Shown here: piece by piece, positions 1 through 12,962 of the stretch
Layout: the number at the start of each line of letters is the position of its first letter
Numbering within the stretch: position 1 is the stretch's first letter
Assembly (NCBI GenBank): GCA_013265495.1
Contig: MU061578.1
Span: forward strand, 2,303,308 to 2,367,307
DNA length: 64,000 bases
Source: Vicugna vicugna
Lineage: Eukaryota
Direction of reading: 5' to 3'
Translations under genes and position numbers: made by a program
The notes under the pieces: model-generated
Seen by the model: only the letters and a program-made list of their open reading frames with translations
The model's database searches: none
Told to the model about the DNA's origin: nothing

Positions 1-1649
1 TCACTGTATTCCAGGGGAATGATAGAGGGTTTCTGTCTATCCCCCCAAAGTCCCTACATGTTTTGGCTTTTCCTTCCCCTTGCTGGGATGGAAGAGACCA
101 TACCAAGTCAAACCTCCTCTCCTCCCCTCCTCTTTGCTCCATCACTTCATGACCCAACATTGACTGCCTTCTCTTCATTTGTCTTTGAATGCTTTTCCTT
201 TGCTGTCCAAAAACAAAAGTATGTATTAAGGTCAAATGTTTGCTCATCACAGAGGTTCTGCAAGAGCTGAGATATCAAGGAAAACATGGATTGACTGGTT
301 TTGGGTGACTAGGAAAAGGAAACAGGGCATCATGGAAGATGCCCTGCCGGGACAAAGATTGATGGTTGTGGGAGCCAAGTGAGGTATTGTATCCTGTCTC
401 TACTGATAAGGTTTGGCCTACTCCTCAATGACATACCATGGGAGTGACTATGTATTTGAGGTGCCAGTGGTTAAAACTGGGCAAAAAAATGGGCTGGGGG
501 AAGAGGGGGTCCCTGTATGTCCCCTTGGAGACAGGAGCAGGCAGGTCCCTGTATGTCCCCTTGCCTCATTCCCATGACCTTTTGGTTGACAGAGGGCATA
601 TATCCCTCAAGGAATAGGAGTCTAAATAGGTCTCATCCCTGATTCACGTCACCCCAGGATGGCAAAAGTTCCCAACAACTTTCAGTTGCTTAGAGGGTCC
701 TGCATAGACCCAACTCTCCCTGCCATTATATGTGCTTCCACGGGCATCCTGGATAATCAAGCGAAGATGAGGAAGAAGGGGAGGGGGCTGGTGCTGGCAG
801 AACCCCTCAAAAATGTACCTGGAGCCAGTGGAAGCCTTTCCACCTTAGAATGTCTGAAAAACCAGTCATCGATACTTCCACGCAACTTGAGACACGGTAC
901 GTTAAAGGCAACTTAAAATAACTTGAAGGAAGAAGGGTAAATAAACCAGAGATGATTTATCTCTGAGGAATAACGGTGTGACTGCTGAATAATTACATGC
1001 ACCAATCTTTATTAGTATGCAAAGTAGCTGGGCTTGGTTGGCTCCCAGCACTGCTCAAAGGACAAAAAGGCAAGGGAGCTGGGCACATGCTCATAAATCA
1101 CATCCCGCCCCTCCCTGTGTGTCATGGCGACCCCCAGACCCCGGGGGCCTCTCTGTGTATGACTCTTCTCTGGGAGATAAGCAGCGGGTGTTTCATTTCT
1201 ACCTTCTAGTGATGGATTAGCCTCCAGAGTTCTTCCAGACAAACACAGAAACGGTTTGGGCTTCTCATTGCACAAGTTTGATCCATATTATTACTGTTTT
1301 ATCCAGCAGCTTCTGAAGCTCAATGGGGTCCATGCCCTCATCTGGCTGGAGAACTAAACACACTTAGCCTCCTCTCACCTTGTGTCCCATCCTATGACCT
1401 CAGGAGACGGACTCCAGCTTTTCTCTACTGGCCCAAAATGCTGCTTAGGGAGAAAGGACCTGCAAGGCTGGCTTCCCCGCTCCTGAGAAGTCTGTCCTGA
1501 CAAACCCAAGAGCACAACCTGGCCGCTTTTACTCTCTGAAGATAGAATAGATTTGAGCTTCTATGTAAGGATTTGAGAGAGCTTAATCTGGACAAAATAA
1601 TGATAACAGTGGTAGCTCAAATCATGATAGTTCAGATTTTTATAGAATT

Positions 1650-1722
1650 TCAAGTATGCCAGGCACCTTTCTAAGCCACACACACATACACACACATACA
1701 TTCCTGCACACAGTTTATGCAT

Positions 1723-1762
<40 letters not shown>

Positions 1763-1915
1763 ATTTGATACAACCACCTTAGAAGGACTTTTATTATTCC
1801 CATTTATGGATGAGAAAACTGAGGCTCAGAGAGTTAAGTAAGTTACTCAGTAGCTAAGTTGGAATCCAAATTCAAATATCCTGGCTTCAGAGTCTTTGTT
1901 TCTAATGACTGCAAT
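1650..1915 (-). mobile_element. MIR SINE interrupted by a (CA)n microsatellite
   Basis: Reverse-complement MIR core 'gatgagaaaactgaggctcagagagttaagtaa'. Confidence 0.85.
1724..1760. repeat. (CA)n microsatellite
   Basis: Uninterrupted CA run, with further degenerate CA repeats from about 1676. Confidence 0.95.
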
Positions 1916-1924
1916 AAAATGTCT

Positions 1925-2490
1925 GTATCATTACTTCATTTAAAGTCTTCAGATAGCTTTCCATGACTCACAGGATAAAGACCAAAATCCTTACGAGGAT
2001 ATATGAGGGTGGTCTAAGAGATTTGACTCCTGGCTTCACTCATGCCACTTTCCTCCTTGTTCTCTGGGCTCCAGCCATCCTGTCCTCCTGCTGACCCTCC
2101 AACGAAGCAAAGTCCATCCTGGTCAGGGGCTATGATCCCTGGGCCCCCCTGCCCTGCCCTGTTTGCTTGGCCAACTCCTCCACATCATTCAGACAGACGT
2201 GGCTTGAAAGTCACATCTTCCAGAAAGACTTTTCCCAAGGTTCCCCCTACCCTATATTCAGCTAGGATCCCCTGTATGTCCTCACAGTACTCTGTACTTC
2301 ACTTTCATAACATGCAGCACAGTTGTAATTAAATAATATAGGTTGGATTATGTGTCGCCACTCTCGCACACCCTGGACTGTAAATGCCATGAGGGCAAGG
2401 GCTGGGTGTATTTTTTTTTATCACTGTCTCCCTACTACCTACAGTGGCCCAGGCACAGAGGAAACACATAATAACTATTTACTGAAATGT
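1925..2490 (+). mobile_element. L2 LINE 3' fragment
   Basis: L2 3' end signature 'ctgtaaatgccatgagggcaaggg...ccaggcacagaggaaacacataataactatttactgaa'. Confidence 0.8.
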
Positions 2491-3836
2491 TCTAACAGAG
2501 GAGAAACTTTAAGATACATCATGATACATGCTGAAACACTCTGAAGTTTGTCCAACTGTAACAGACACAATAAAATGGAAGTATCCTCCCTCTCTGCATA
2601 TTTGCAATCACCAAGACCAATGATTTGGGCACTGGCAGTACTATTTAAAAACGAGAGCATTTCCTAAGCTCTATTCCACAGTACGAGGATAAATTTCACT
2701 GCATGCCAGGCCCCCTGCATCACATTCATGCATCACCTCATTCTATCCCTCAGAGTCCTTATGAGGTCAACACCGTGGTGACCTCCATTTTAAAGATGGG
2801 TTAACAACACTGGTAGTCTCACCCACAGCCTCATGGTTAACATTTATTAAGGTCATAGATGCTTGTTGTTAAAATAGATCTCAATACCGGGCAAAAGCAA
2901 GCCAAGGAAGCTTAGAACCCTCTCTGGACTTCCGTTCCCCTCCAGGGATTTGGGCAGAATGGCTGGAATGTTCAGACACCTTCACAGCAATTGTCCTTTT
3001 GTTTCCTCACTAGTCAAGCCATGATGAGGACTTTCTGCAAATTCCCCACACCCTTCTCACCAAGAGCTCTTCAGGACCTTGACAGCAACTTAGATTTCTA
3101 TTCACTCAGTCAGCATGTATCTATTGAGCTCCTTCCTCTATGCCGGGCATTGTCCTAGACGCTGAAAGAACAGCATCAAACAAGACAGAGGTCTCTACTC
3201 TCCTGTAGTTTATGTTGTTTGAAGAGACTTACAGACTTCTCTAGTACATAAAACTTAGGAATTTAAGGCTGTTCAAAATTGGCATTCAAACCTAAGCTCC
3301 AGAAAGGCTGAAATGGCCTGGAAATCCTCCAGACAACCCATTATTCAAGGATATCATGGATAATATGTGGCTCTGGATGGATGGTCATCAAAAGGTTCTC
3401 CTCCCACTTGTACATTTAGGAAGATGGACTTCTGTGATCTCTACAATCTGGCTACAGAGTATTCTTTTGAGGCAAGCTTGAGTACCTAGATGTTTTCCTC
3501 TATGAAGCCTCTTAACTTTAGAAACACAATAAATTTGCACATGATTTCCTTTTGCATTTTGGGGGGTACTACTTTGGAGCCCAAGTTCTTTCTATGACCC
3601 ATTTCAGCTCTAAGTGTAGAGAAGACATAGTATCTGATGCTGACAGTACATGGCCTGGCAGGGCAGACAGACAATTAGCCAATAATGCAGTGCAAGAGAC
3701 AGATCACACGGAGCCAAGATTGATTCATTAGGATCTTCAACAACAAATAGAGTTTGCTAAGCTCATTAGGGCAAGGAGAAACGGGGATGAGAGGCAGTGA
3801 AAGGAAGAAAACTCCAGATCAAGGAGACAGCATATT

Positions 3837-4055
3837 TGCAGTGAACATCTCCTGTTTTTGCCTGCCCAGTGTCTTTCTCTCTTGAACAGTTAGTAGCATT
3901 CTTTTCTTTTCCTTTGAATAACCATACTTCCCTTGCCTACACTCAGCTTCTATGGGTTAGACCAACCCCCCCCAACTCCAGGAGTATACATGTGACCTAT
4001 ATCTGGTCAGCCCATGATTGGCTCACACATGGGCATGGGAGCCAAATCAGGACCT
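3837..4055 (+). mobile_element. ERVL-type LTR fragment (LTR33/LTR16-like)
   Basis: 'tgcagtgaacatctcctgtttttgcctgcccag...catgtgacc...tgattggctc' resembles the LTR33 5' part. Confidence 0.55.
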
Positions 4056-4769
4056 TAGGAAGGACAACTCTGAAGAATTCATCCAGAATGTACTAACAAG
4101 AGATAAAGGGGAGGGGAAACAAGAGATAAGAATGATTGATTGAAAAGTTCCAACATGCATCCAGTGGGAGTCCCAGAAATGAATGAAGACAGGAATAAAG
4201 AATGAGCAATTGAAGAAGTCATCATGGAAAATTTCCCAAAGTTGAAGCCACCTAGGTCCTCTGAAGGTCCTAATCACAACAAATAAAATGGATACATCAT
4301 ACCAACACTGCATAACATAAAGAACAAAGAAAAATCTTAAAAGCTGACATAGAGATAACATTACTACCTACAAAGAAATGATACTTCGAATTGAAAAAAA
4401 AAAGACTTTCATGAGGAACACAAGTCAATGATATAACAGGAGAAATTACTGTGCATCTAATATATTAGATAGACTTGGCTATGATTCAGCAATGAAGGCA
4501 ACACAGACATTTTCGGGTAGAGCAAGGCTAAGAGAGTTTACCATCCACTGACCCCTGCCTAAAGAACTGTCAAAGTGGGCTTCAGAATAAAATAAAAACA
4601 GAAGAACATAAGAAACAAAGTTGAGCTCAGAAATTATAAAAATATGCTGGCAATCTGTTTTAAATGTTAGCTACAAATAACTATTTCAAAAAAGAATAAA
4701 TTAAAATTTCAGTTAATAAAAACAGAATGGGAAGATAATGTTTGGTAAAATCCATGCCATGAAACTACT

Positions 4770-4976
4770 CAGGGTTTCTCAACCTCAGCACTACTGAAAT
4801 CCAGATTGGGTGACTCTGGTGGTGGAGGGCTGCCCTGTGCATCGTAGGGTGGTTGGCCGCACGCCTGGCCTCTACCCACTAGAGGACAGCAGAATGCGCC
4901 ACCAATGAGTTAACAACCTAACGTCTCAAGACTTTGACAAATGTTTTCTAAGGAGGCAAAAATTCACTAAGAATTG
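4770..4976. mobile_element. MER20 (hAT-Charlie MITE) nested in the L1
   Basis: 'cagggtttctcaacctcagcactactga...ggcctctacccactaga...ctttgacaaatg'. Confidence 0.8.
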
Positions 4977-5274
4977 ATACAATCTATTGTTTCCAAACCA
5001 AAGTAGAGAAAACAAACTTGATTAATCCAAGAGAAAGAGGTAAAAGGGACGGAAAAGGGGAAGTAAAGTTAAAATATGGTGAACAAAAATACTAAAATGA
5101 GATGGTTTATAAAAGTCTAAATATATCTGTATCACAATATATGTAAATAGATCAATTCACCTTTTAAAAGACAGTGCTGTGTTCACAGATTGGAAGACAA
5201 TGTTATCAAAATGTTTATTTATCAAAAGTGATCTAAAAACTCTGCAATCTGTAGCAAAATCCTAATGACATTTT

Positions 5275-5590
5275 TTGCTTTCTGTCTCTATGAATTTATC
5301 TAATTCAGACATTTCATATAAATGGAATCATATACTATGTGACCTTTTCTGTCTGGCTTCTTTCACTTTAGCTGCATCCTTTTTGTGGAGAAAGAATTTT
5401 CTGTTGTACGGATATATCATGTTTTGTCTATCCATTCATCAGCCGGTGGATATTTGGGTTGTTTGCACCTTTTGGCTATTGTGAACAGAGCCTGTTTCAG
5501 TATTTATGTATGTTTTTATTTGAACACTCATTTTCAAATATTTTGGGTATATACCCAGAAGTGGAATTTCTGCATGTAGTATTTCTATTA
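5275..5590 (-). mobile_element. Antisense L1 3' fragment nested in the older L1
   Basis: 'atttcatataaatggaatcata...tatccattcatcagccggtggatatttgggttgtttgcaccttttggctattgtga'. Confidence 0.8.
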
Positions 5591-8500
5591 GATATATTTT
5601 AAAAAATCAAAAGGGTAAGCTATAAGCAGGTACATACTTTTTAAAAGTACATTACATTGTATAATTTTCTAGAAAAACATAAATTACTAAAATTGACTCA
5701 AGAGAAAATAGAGGAATCACAATAAGCCAATAACTATAAAAGAAATAGAATTGGTGATCAAAATTGCTTTTCCTGTCCCATATGCTCACCCTAAAGGAAA
5801 AAAAAACAGGAAAATTTAATCAGATTTTCAAAGAACATATAATCTTCTGCCTTATATAAATTTTTCAGAAAATATAAAAAGAAAGTCATGACTCATTTAA
5901 TGAGGGTTGTATTACCTTAGTAATAAAATCAAACAAGGACAGTGTAAAAAGAGAAAATTATAAACCATTCTCACTTATCAACGAAAATGTAAAAATCTAA
6001 AATACAGCACTATAAAATTGGATTTATCAAGGTCTAAAGATAATAATACATCGTAATCAAATAGGGTGTATCCAAAGAATCCAATAATGGTTCAAAATCA
6101 GAACTCCTATTAAGGTAATGCACTATATTAAAAGATTAAGGAGAAAGCATATAATCATAACAGTTGATCCGGAGCAGGCATTTTATAAAATTTATATCCA
6201 TTCATTATAAAAATTCTTAGCAAACTAAGTATAGTAAGGAACTTTCTTAGCCTATAAGTTTATTTATCAAACCCTTCTGCAACAATCATGCTTAAAGGTA
6301 AAGCTATAGATGAATTCCTATTAACGTCAGAGGCAGGAAAAGAATGCCTACAGTCACTGTTTTTACTTATCATTGCTCCTTTGGTCTTCTAGCTAATGGA
6401 GCAGATAATAAATGTGGTGTCAATGAACATAAATAATAATATAATGCAGTAATTTGATATGTAACATATAATTACTATATTGTATCATGTATAACATCTA
6501 TAGATTGGAAAGGCAGAGCCAAAGTACTCTTGATAAATGATATGGATAACATAAACAGAATAGCCAAGAAGATCTACAACCCAACCAAGTTATTAGCATT
6601 ATTAAGAATTTACTAATACTGCTGGATAAAGATCATCATATAAAAATCAATAGCATTATTATGTTCAGAATAAAGTGAATAATTCAAACTTACATTGGAA
6701 AAACATATCCCATTCACGTCGTACAAAAACCTCTAAGGTACCAAGAAATAAATTTTAAGATTATTTAAATTAAATATAAATATACATATACAGAGAGAAT
6801 TTATACAAATTATTTGAATATATAAACAAATTCTAAAAATTATATATATACAGATAAACATATGTATATTACTGATTTATGTATACATTATTATTGACAG
6901 ACATGAAGTCCTCAAAAATGGTGAGGCATATACCATATTCATAAATAGGAAAACAACATTATTAAGGTGTCAACTCTTCTCAGATAAATCTTTAAAATTG
7001 ATGTACTTCATATCAAATCTATAATAATTTTTCATCAGTTTTTAACACACTGTTTTTTAAATTTACAAAGAGGCGCAACAGACTAAGAATAGCAAAGACA
7101 GCAGCATTTGGAGATGGTTTCAGAAACACCTGGTAAACCTGAGGTTGCACATACCTCTGACTATACAATCTCACTTCTACATATTTAATCTCAGCACAAG
7201 GATGTAAGCTCACAAATCTTCACTGGAGCCTTATTTGAAAAAGTACAAAGTAACCTCAATGTCAATCAGTATGAGAAGGGATAACAAATTATGGTATAGT
7301 CATGCAGGGAAATATTACACAATAGATACATTGAATAGATTAGTGTTACGTGTGAAAAAATGGATAAATTAAAAAACAGTGCTGAGTAAAGATGCATGGG
7401 ATACCATATTTTGTTAGTGGATTCATAAATATTTAGACAATATATATGGGAATAATAATTCAGGAGTCAAAGGAACAAAATGGGAATGGGGGAAAGTAAC
7501 TGGGGTGCCAATCAGTTTTTTTTTAATCTTTAAATTGTAAAGCAAATATATAATAATGTGATATAAAACAGAGATGTAATAAAGCTAGAAAGTGGGTACA
7601 GGAGTTTAATTATATTTTTTTCCTATTTTCTGGACTTCTCTAATTTTATCCAAATCTAAAATCATGTCTAATATTTTCCATTAACTTCAATTAGATTTAA
7701 AAGCTTCATTGGATTCAGGTACAATTTATTTTCTTTTTAGCATGAGCCCGTCATGGGTGGGTGTTACCTATTGTGTATACATAACATCTGCTTTTACCAC
7801 CTCCAGTAATTCTAAGATTAAACAGTGAGTTCAGGTGGTGTCATCCTGATTCACCCATCATCAAATTCTCCAACATCCTGTCACCTGATGATTTTAGCAG
7901 TTATTGATCACTATTGACTACCTCTATCATTTCATTTAGAGCTACAAAATAGTGATTTTCCAGTGATTGTTAGGGGTTTCTAGGTGATTTGCCATCCCAA
8001 TTGCTCTTTTTTCTGTGGCTCTTCTATGAAGAAGCTTTCCTTGTTAACTATTTGCCCTGATCATATGGGTAATGACTGTTGGAGTTGGGTCATGTTGCAT
8101 GGGAAATTGTTATGCTTTCCTCTCTGCTTTTCAATGTGTTTGAAATTTCCTATCATACATTTAAAGATAAAATAAGAATAAAGTAAAAAATATAAATACA
8201 TAAGAAAAAACTGAAAGGAAATACCCTAAATATATTACCATCATTAACGTCAAGGTGGTAGGATTATTTCAGATAACTTTTATATGCATGTACATTTCCA
8301 AATTTATTAAGAAAAAATATATAGTATAACACGTATAATTGGAAAATCAAACAGAGGGGTAGAGTAATATGATAATGATGGGGGTGGGGTAAGTGGTTCT
8401 AATTTAACTCAGGAGTCGGGGCCAGCATCTCTAAGAGGTATCATCTGAAGAAATTGGTTGGACAAAGCCCTTGTGAAAGAGTACATGAGGCAGAGAAAAC

Positions 8501-9044
8501 CTGAATCCCAGGGCAGTGACGATCTAAGAGCGCTTGTGGAAAAGGAAAAATTAGAGTGCGATGAGGCAATGGATAAGTATCACTTTTAGTAAAAATGGAG
8601 ACCAGCTGATCCTCCAAATCACCCCCCAAAATTCCTGCTGATTTCCCTCAGAAGTCTGTGTTCACGAAGTTACAAAACTCAAATCACACAGGAACTATCA
8701 ACTTCTGCCCCCACTGAGTAGGTAGAAAGCAGAAAACCTGAAAACCCTAAATAATGTATCACAGTGGCTCCGTAATGACAAGGCAAAATAGTGATAATTA
8801 AATGATTTTAATAGTGTGTCAAGATGAAGGATAACAGTCTTGGAAAATGAGGTTGGTAAATCATTACCCCTCAGGCTTGCATGCACACCCCAGTTAGGGT
8901 GTGAAAAATGCAGAATGCAAAATCCCTGGCTACCCATCTCAGTTTCACACAATGTTTGCTCCCACCCGATTAGGGTTACTTCTGAGCCAAGCACAGCTAG
9001 GCTCCATTTTCAACTCGGAGGCGAAACGAGAGCTAAGCTCAAAT

Positions 9045-9330
9045 TTATCTCACTTACGGAGCACTTTACTCTATGCCCTCAAGCTCTGTACTAGACACTG
9101 GCAATAGATACCAAAGACATCCTACTCTAACTGAGGAAAACAGGCATTGCTGGGGCCATTATGTGAGATGGCTGGGGGTCCTGAGGCAGCACAGAGGAGC
9201 ATCACCTAAGGAACTACCAGCCTCCTCTCGGTGAGGGAAGCTTCCACAAAGAGGTGACACTTGAGCTAGGTTTGAGGAGCGAGAAGTTACTGTTTATGAG
9301 AAGGGAGAAGGGGGCATTCTAGGCAAAGAG
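9045..9330 (-). mobile_element. L2 fragment
   Basis: 'gcttccacaaagaggtgacacttgagctaggtttga...ggcattctaggcaaagag'. Confidence 0.65.
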
Positions 9331-10489
9331 ATTCAAAGCTACAGGCTTTAGCTTGGTTAGAGCAGGAATGAGGGAGTCACTGAAGGTGACATTTAAGATT
9401 TTTTAATTTCACTGGCACCAGAAGTTCTGAAACAAGGATGCTTGCTGCATCCTTCATAAACACCCACACTTAAATCCATCACCACCCACTGTCCATGGCA
9501 GCATGATTGAAAGAAGGGCCTGACCTCTGAGAAAGAATTTTCTCTTTCCCCCAATACATATTGAGTTTTTTAACCTTTTGTTGTTCCACATGTAGTGTGT
9601 GTGTAGAACAAAAAGGAATAGCAAAAAGGAAAAAAAGTAAATAAAATTCATCCCCATATTCTCCATGTAGGCACAGCCATTGTAATGTTTTGATGCAGTT
9701 TCAGATTTTTTTTTGGTTTTATGTGTATACGTATTTGTGTGTATGTATGCATATTTTAAAATAAATCAGAATCAAACTAATTGTAAATCATTTTCTCTTA
9801 ATGCAACAGTCTATAGTTTGGATGGCTTCCAAGCCTCATTAACCATAGCTGTCATTTATTACTTATGAAGTTAGTGTTGGGAAAGGGTTAAAGTGCCCAT
9901 TGGCAGGAGGGAGGAGATTTATCATCTAAAGGGACTGCTGGCAACAGAAAGGTTGATGTGCTTAACAATTCACACCAGGATGCATTACACCCACGTCTGT
10001 CCACTAAGCTCTCTTCCATGGCAACCAGAATACTGCCTTCGCAGGGATCTGAAAACTTCCTGACACTTAAAACACCCTAACATGACATCCCAGGGTCAGG
10101 GGCAGCTGGAAAAAGAGTGAATTATGCAGTGAGTCTAGACATTTGCAAAACTGCATAAATGCTTTCATCTCAGAACCTACCTACTCTGTCCTCTCAGCTA
10201 ACAATTTGCTTGTGCCATAGCTTTAGCTTTGGCATCTCCATTGTCTACCTGGTCTTCCAGGTGTAGTCTCACTTCTTTATTTCCCTGCTGCCAGATGATT
10301 ACATCTCTCTGGCCTGACCGCAGTGCTCTCCCACACTGGATGGGCCATATACTGATGACCCCTCCAGACGTGCTGGCTTGGATCCTCAACGACCAGGTAT
10401 CACACCAGGAGCTCTTGACAAAGATGAGCTCCTCCACCAGGGATTCTGTTCTCCATTGAGGAATATGTAAGCACTCACTCCCTGCATGA

Positions 10490-10870
10490 ATTTACTATTG
10501 CTGCATTACAAACTCAGAACCTTAAAACAACACCCATTTATCATCATATCATATCTCTGGATCAGGAATCCAGGCATAGCTTAGCTGGGGTCCTATGCTC
10601 AAAGTCTTCACCGGGGGTAAACTAGCTGCTGGTTGGGGCTGTGTCTCATCAGAGGCTCAAACGAGATACGATCCACTCTGGGCTCCCTCAGGTCATTAGT
10701 GGAATTCATCTCCTTACGTCTGTGGGACTGAGGTCCCTTTTTCTTGCTGGCTGCTGGTCAGAGCTGCTGTCAACTCCTAGAGGCTGCCATGTGGCCCTTT
10801 TCAAGGGCTCCTCTCATAATATAGCAGCTTCCTCCTTCAAAGCCAGCAAAGGAAGTTTCTCTACGCATCT
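10490..10870 (-). mobile_element. MaLR LTR (MLT1 family), first half
   Basis: 'ctattgctgcattacaaac...ttaaaacaacacccattta...ggatcaggaatccaggcatagcttagctggg'. Confidence 0.8.
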
Positions 10871-10925
10871 ACTAACAGAAACACACAGACACACGCACAA
10901 GCACACATGCGTGTGCACACACACA

Positions 10926-11570
10926 CAGAATCAATCCTCATTATTTGTGGATTCTGTATTTGTGAATTAGCCTACTTGCTAAAATTTGTCTGTAACCTAA
11001 GAATTAATATCTGAGTGCTTTTGGTGACATCTGTGCAAGAATGAGCATAGCAGGAAAAATGTGAGTTGTTCAACACATTCCCAGCTGAGGCAGAAGAAGA
11101 CAATGCTCTGACTTCTCTTCCTATCAGGTCTCCTACAGAGAAGATCGGAGGAGGGAGACGGGAGAAGGTAGTTGAGAACAGTGCAAAAAGCTCCAGCTTT
11201 GAGGCCAGATAGACGGGGTTTAAATCCCAACTTTGGCACCTGATATGGGGTGGCCTCAGGGAAGCCACTTATCACTTCTGAACCCCGTTTTCTCTTTTGC
11301 AAAATAGAGAAAACAGAATATAGTAGGATAAGTTGTTTTCAGGATTTAAGATTATAATCTATGTGAGACAAACATGTAGTATATGAATATTCACTGGATA
11401 CACTGAAGAAGTGAATACTGAACCACTGATCCATTATTCCTAGGGGAAATATGAACGTGTATGTATATATTATGCACATATGGGCATATATGTGTGTATG
11501 TACATATATAGCTATAAAATATGGCAACTTTATAGAACGTAACTGTTGTAAATAATGATAATTACATGTA
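10926..11570 (+). mobile_element. MER82-like TcMar-Tigger element containing a MIR-derived segment and an inverted piece
   Basis: 5' end 'cagaatcaatcctcattatttgtggattctgtatttgtgaattagcctacttgctaaaattt'; 3' end 'caactttatagaacgtaactgttgtaaataatga'; MIR-like core at about 11170-11370. Confidence 0.7.
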
Positions 11571-11792
11571 TATACATACACATACATATATATGTATATA
11601 TGCATGCATGTATATTATGTTACATACAGTATATATTATACAATATATTATATAACAGTATTATGTGTATATGTAAGTGTATTATTATATATGCTAATAG
11701 TATAAGTAGTATATATAAATATACTTATGATATATACTTAAAATTTGTATGTTATATGTAAGTATATATATGTGTGTGTGTATTATATATAT
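11455..11792. repeat. (TA/TG)-rich low-complexity tract
   Basis: Degenerate tatata/tgtata repeats on both sides of the MER82-like 3' end. Confidence 0.85.
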
Positions 11793-11940
11793 ACATGTAA
11801 TCAAGGGAGTAACATTTCATTGCATTACCTTTGTTGTAATCTATCAGCTAGAACCAAGTCACAGGTCCTACCCAAACTCAAGGGAGGGGATTATACAGAG
11901 TTATGAATTATGGGTTATTTTAGGGTCTTTCTGTCACACC
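11793..11940 (-). mobile_element. MLT1 LTR, second half (continues 10490-10870)
   Basis: 'aagtcacaggtcctacccaaactcaagggaggggattatacag'. Confidence 0.75.
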
Positions 11941-12561
11941 GCCTACCCACTCAAAGTCTTTCCACATTTGCACAATACCTAGCATGGAGAGCACACCATA
12001 AACAGTGGTTGAATTTATAGAAAATTCTGTCCAATACCAGCGTGTCCAATAAGGAACACCCCAACCCCAGCCTAGAAACTTCAGTCCTAGGAGACCCCCA
12101 GCAGGACAGAGCACCCACTGTAAGTGCCTTCCTAAGTGAACCCAGCCACATACAGGTCTGCGAGGGCAGTGTACTTTAATGCACTGACAAATATGTAGCA
12201 CCCTTGTCGAAAAAAATTTCTGATGATACAATTGTTGTTTCATTTCACCAGCTACAAAGAATTTGACCTAACACAGTCATTGGGGAGTATTACATAACAT
12301 TCTGCCATCTACTGTTTACCTTTCAAATTTACTAACATGTGTTTTCCTCTTTCTAGAGACAAATTAATGTTCCTACGATCACTGCTTGGCTGGCCTCAGA
12401 CTTCAGCAGAACCATTTTAATTGTGCATATCCCGTAGGAGAGAACTGGTCTACCACTTGAACAACCCAGCTCAGCCCTGCCCTGTTGCGTCTCCCACCTA
12501 TGTGCCTATGTTCCCAGAGCCTGTGTGCTTCAGGCAGGTTTCTGCTTCATCACCTACATCC

Positions 12562-12927
12562 CAGTCTTATCACTCAGGGTACTTTGGTTACAGCACCAGA
12601 AACTAACTACAGAGATCATGAAAAACACGTAATTTATTAGGGGGATATTAAGAAGCTCAGAGAATTGAAGGAAAAGTTCAAAAGCCATCCCTGGGAATCC
12701 AGGCAGTCAGGACTACTGGACAGCCTCGCCTAAGAGTTACAGTCAGGATGAGTAAGCTCATATTATTTTCCATCTTTGTGTCACCCTGACTCAAGATTTG
12801 ATTCCAGGGGAAAACGTAAGATTGACCTGTGTTGGGTCACTTCTCCAGAAGTATGGGGCTATTTTACAGTTTCCTGTAAAACTGCCACCTACTAGGAACA
12901 AGTGGTTCCCCAAATCAAAATCCTCAA

Positions 12928-12962
<35 letters not shown>

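Larger units (their letters stand above)
4060..7640 (+). mobile_element. Degraded old L1 (L1M-type) with ORF1, ORF2 and 3' UTR remnants and nested insertions
   Basis: A-rich strand with L1 hallmarks ('gaaaatttcccaaagttga', 'aaaattgactcaagagaaaatagagg', 'aaaaatcaatagcatt'); no intact ORF. Confidence 0.85.

Noticed and set aside
508..563. Repeat-spacer-repeat as a CRISPR array
   Set aside because: Only two units, in mammalian DNA, with no cas genes.
4060..7640. Functional L1 reverse transcriptase
   Set aside because: Heavily degraded, interrupted by nested elements, and no long ORF.
10270..10402. Possible exon ('ttccctgctgccag' ... 'ccag|gtatca')
   Set aside because: Weak donor and no recognisable peptide.
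12932..12958. Poly(A) run as a processed-pseudogene tail
   Set aside because: It lies inside an LTR remnant, with no upstream mRNA-like body or target-site duplication.
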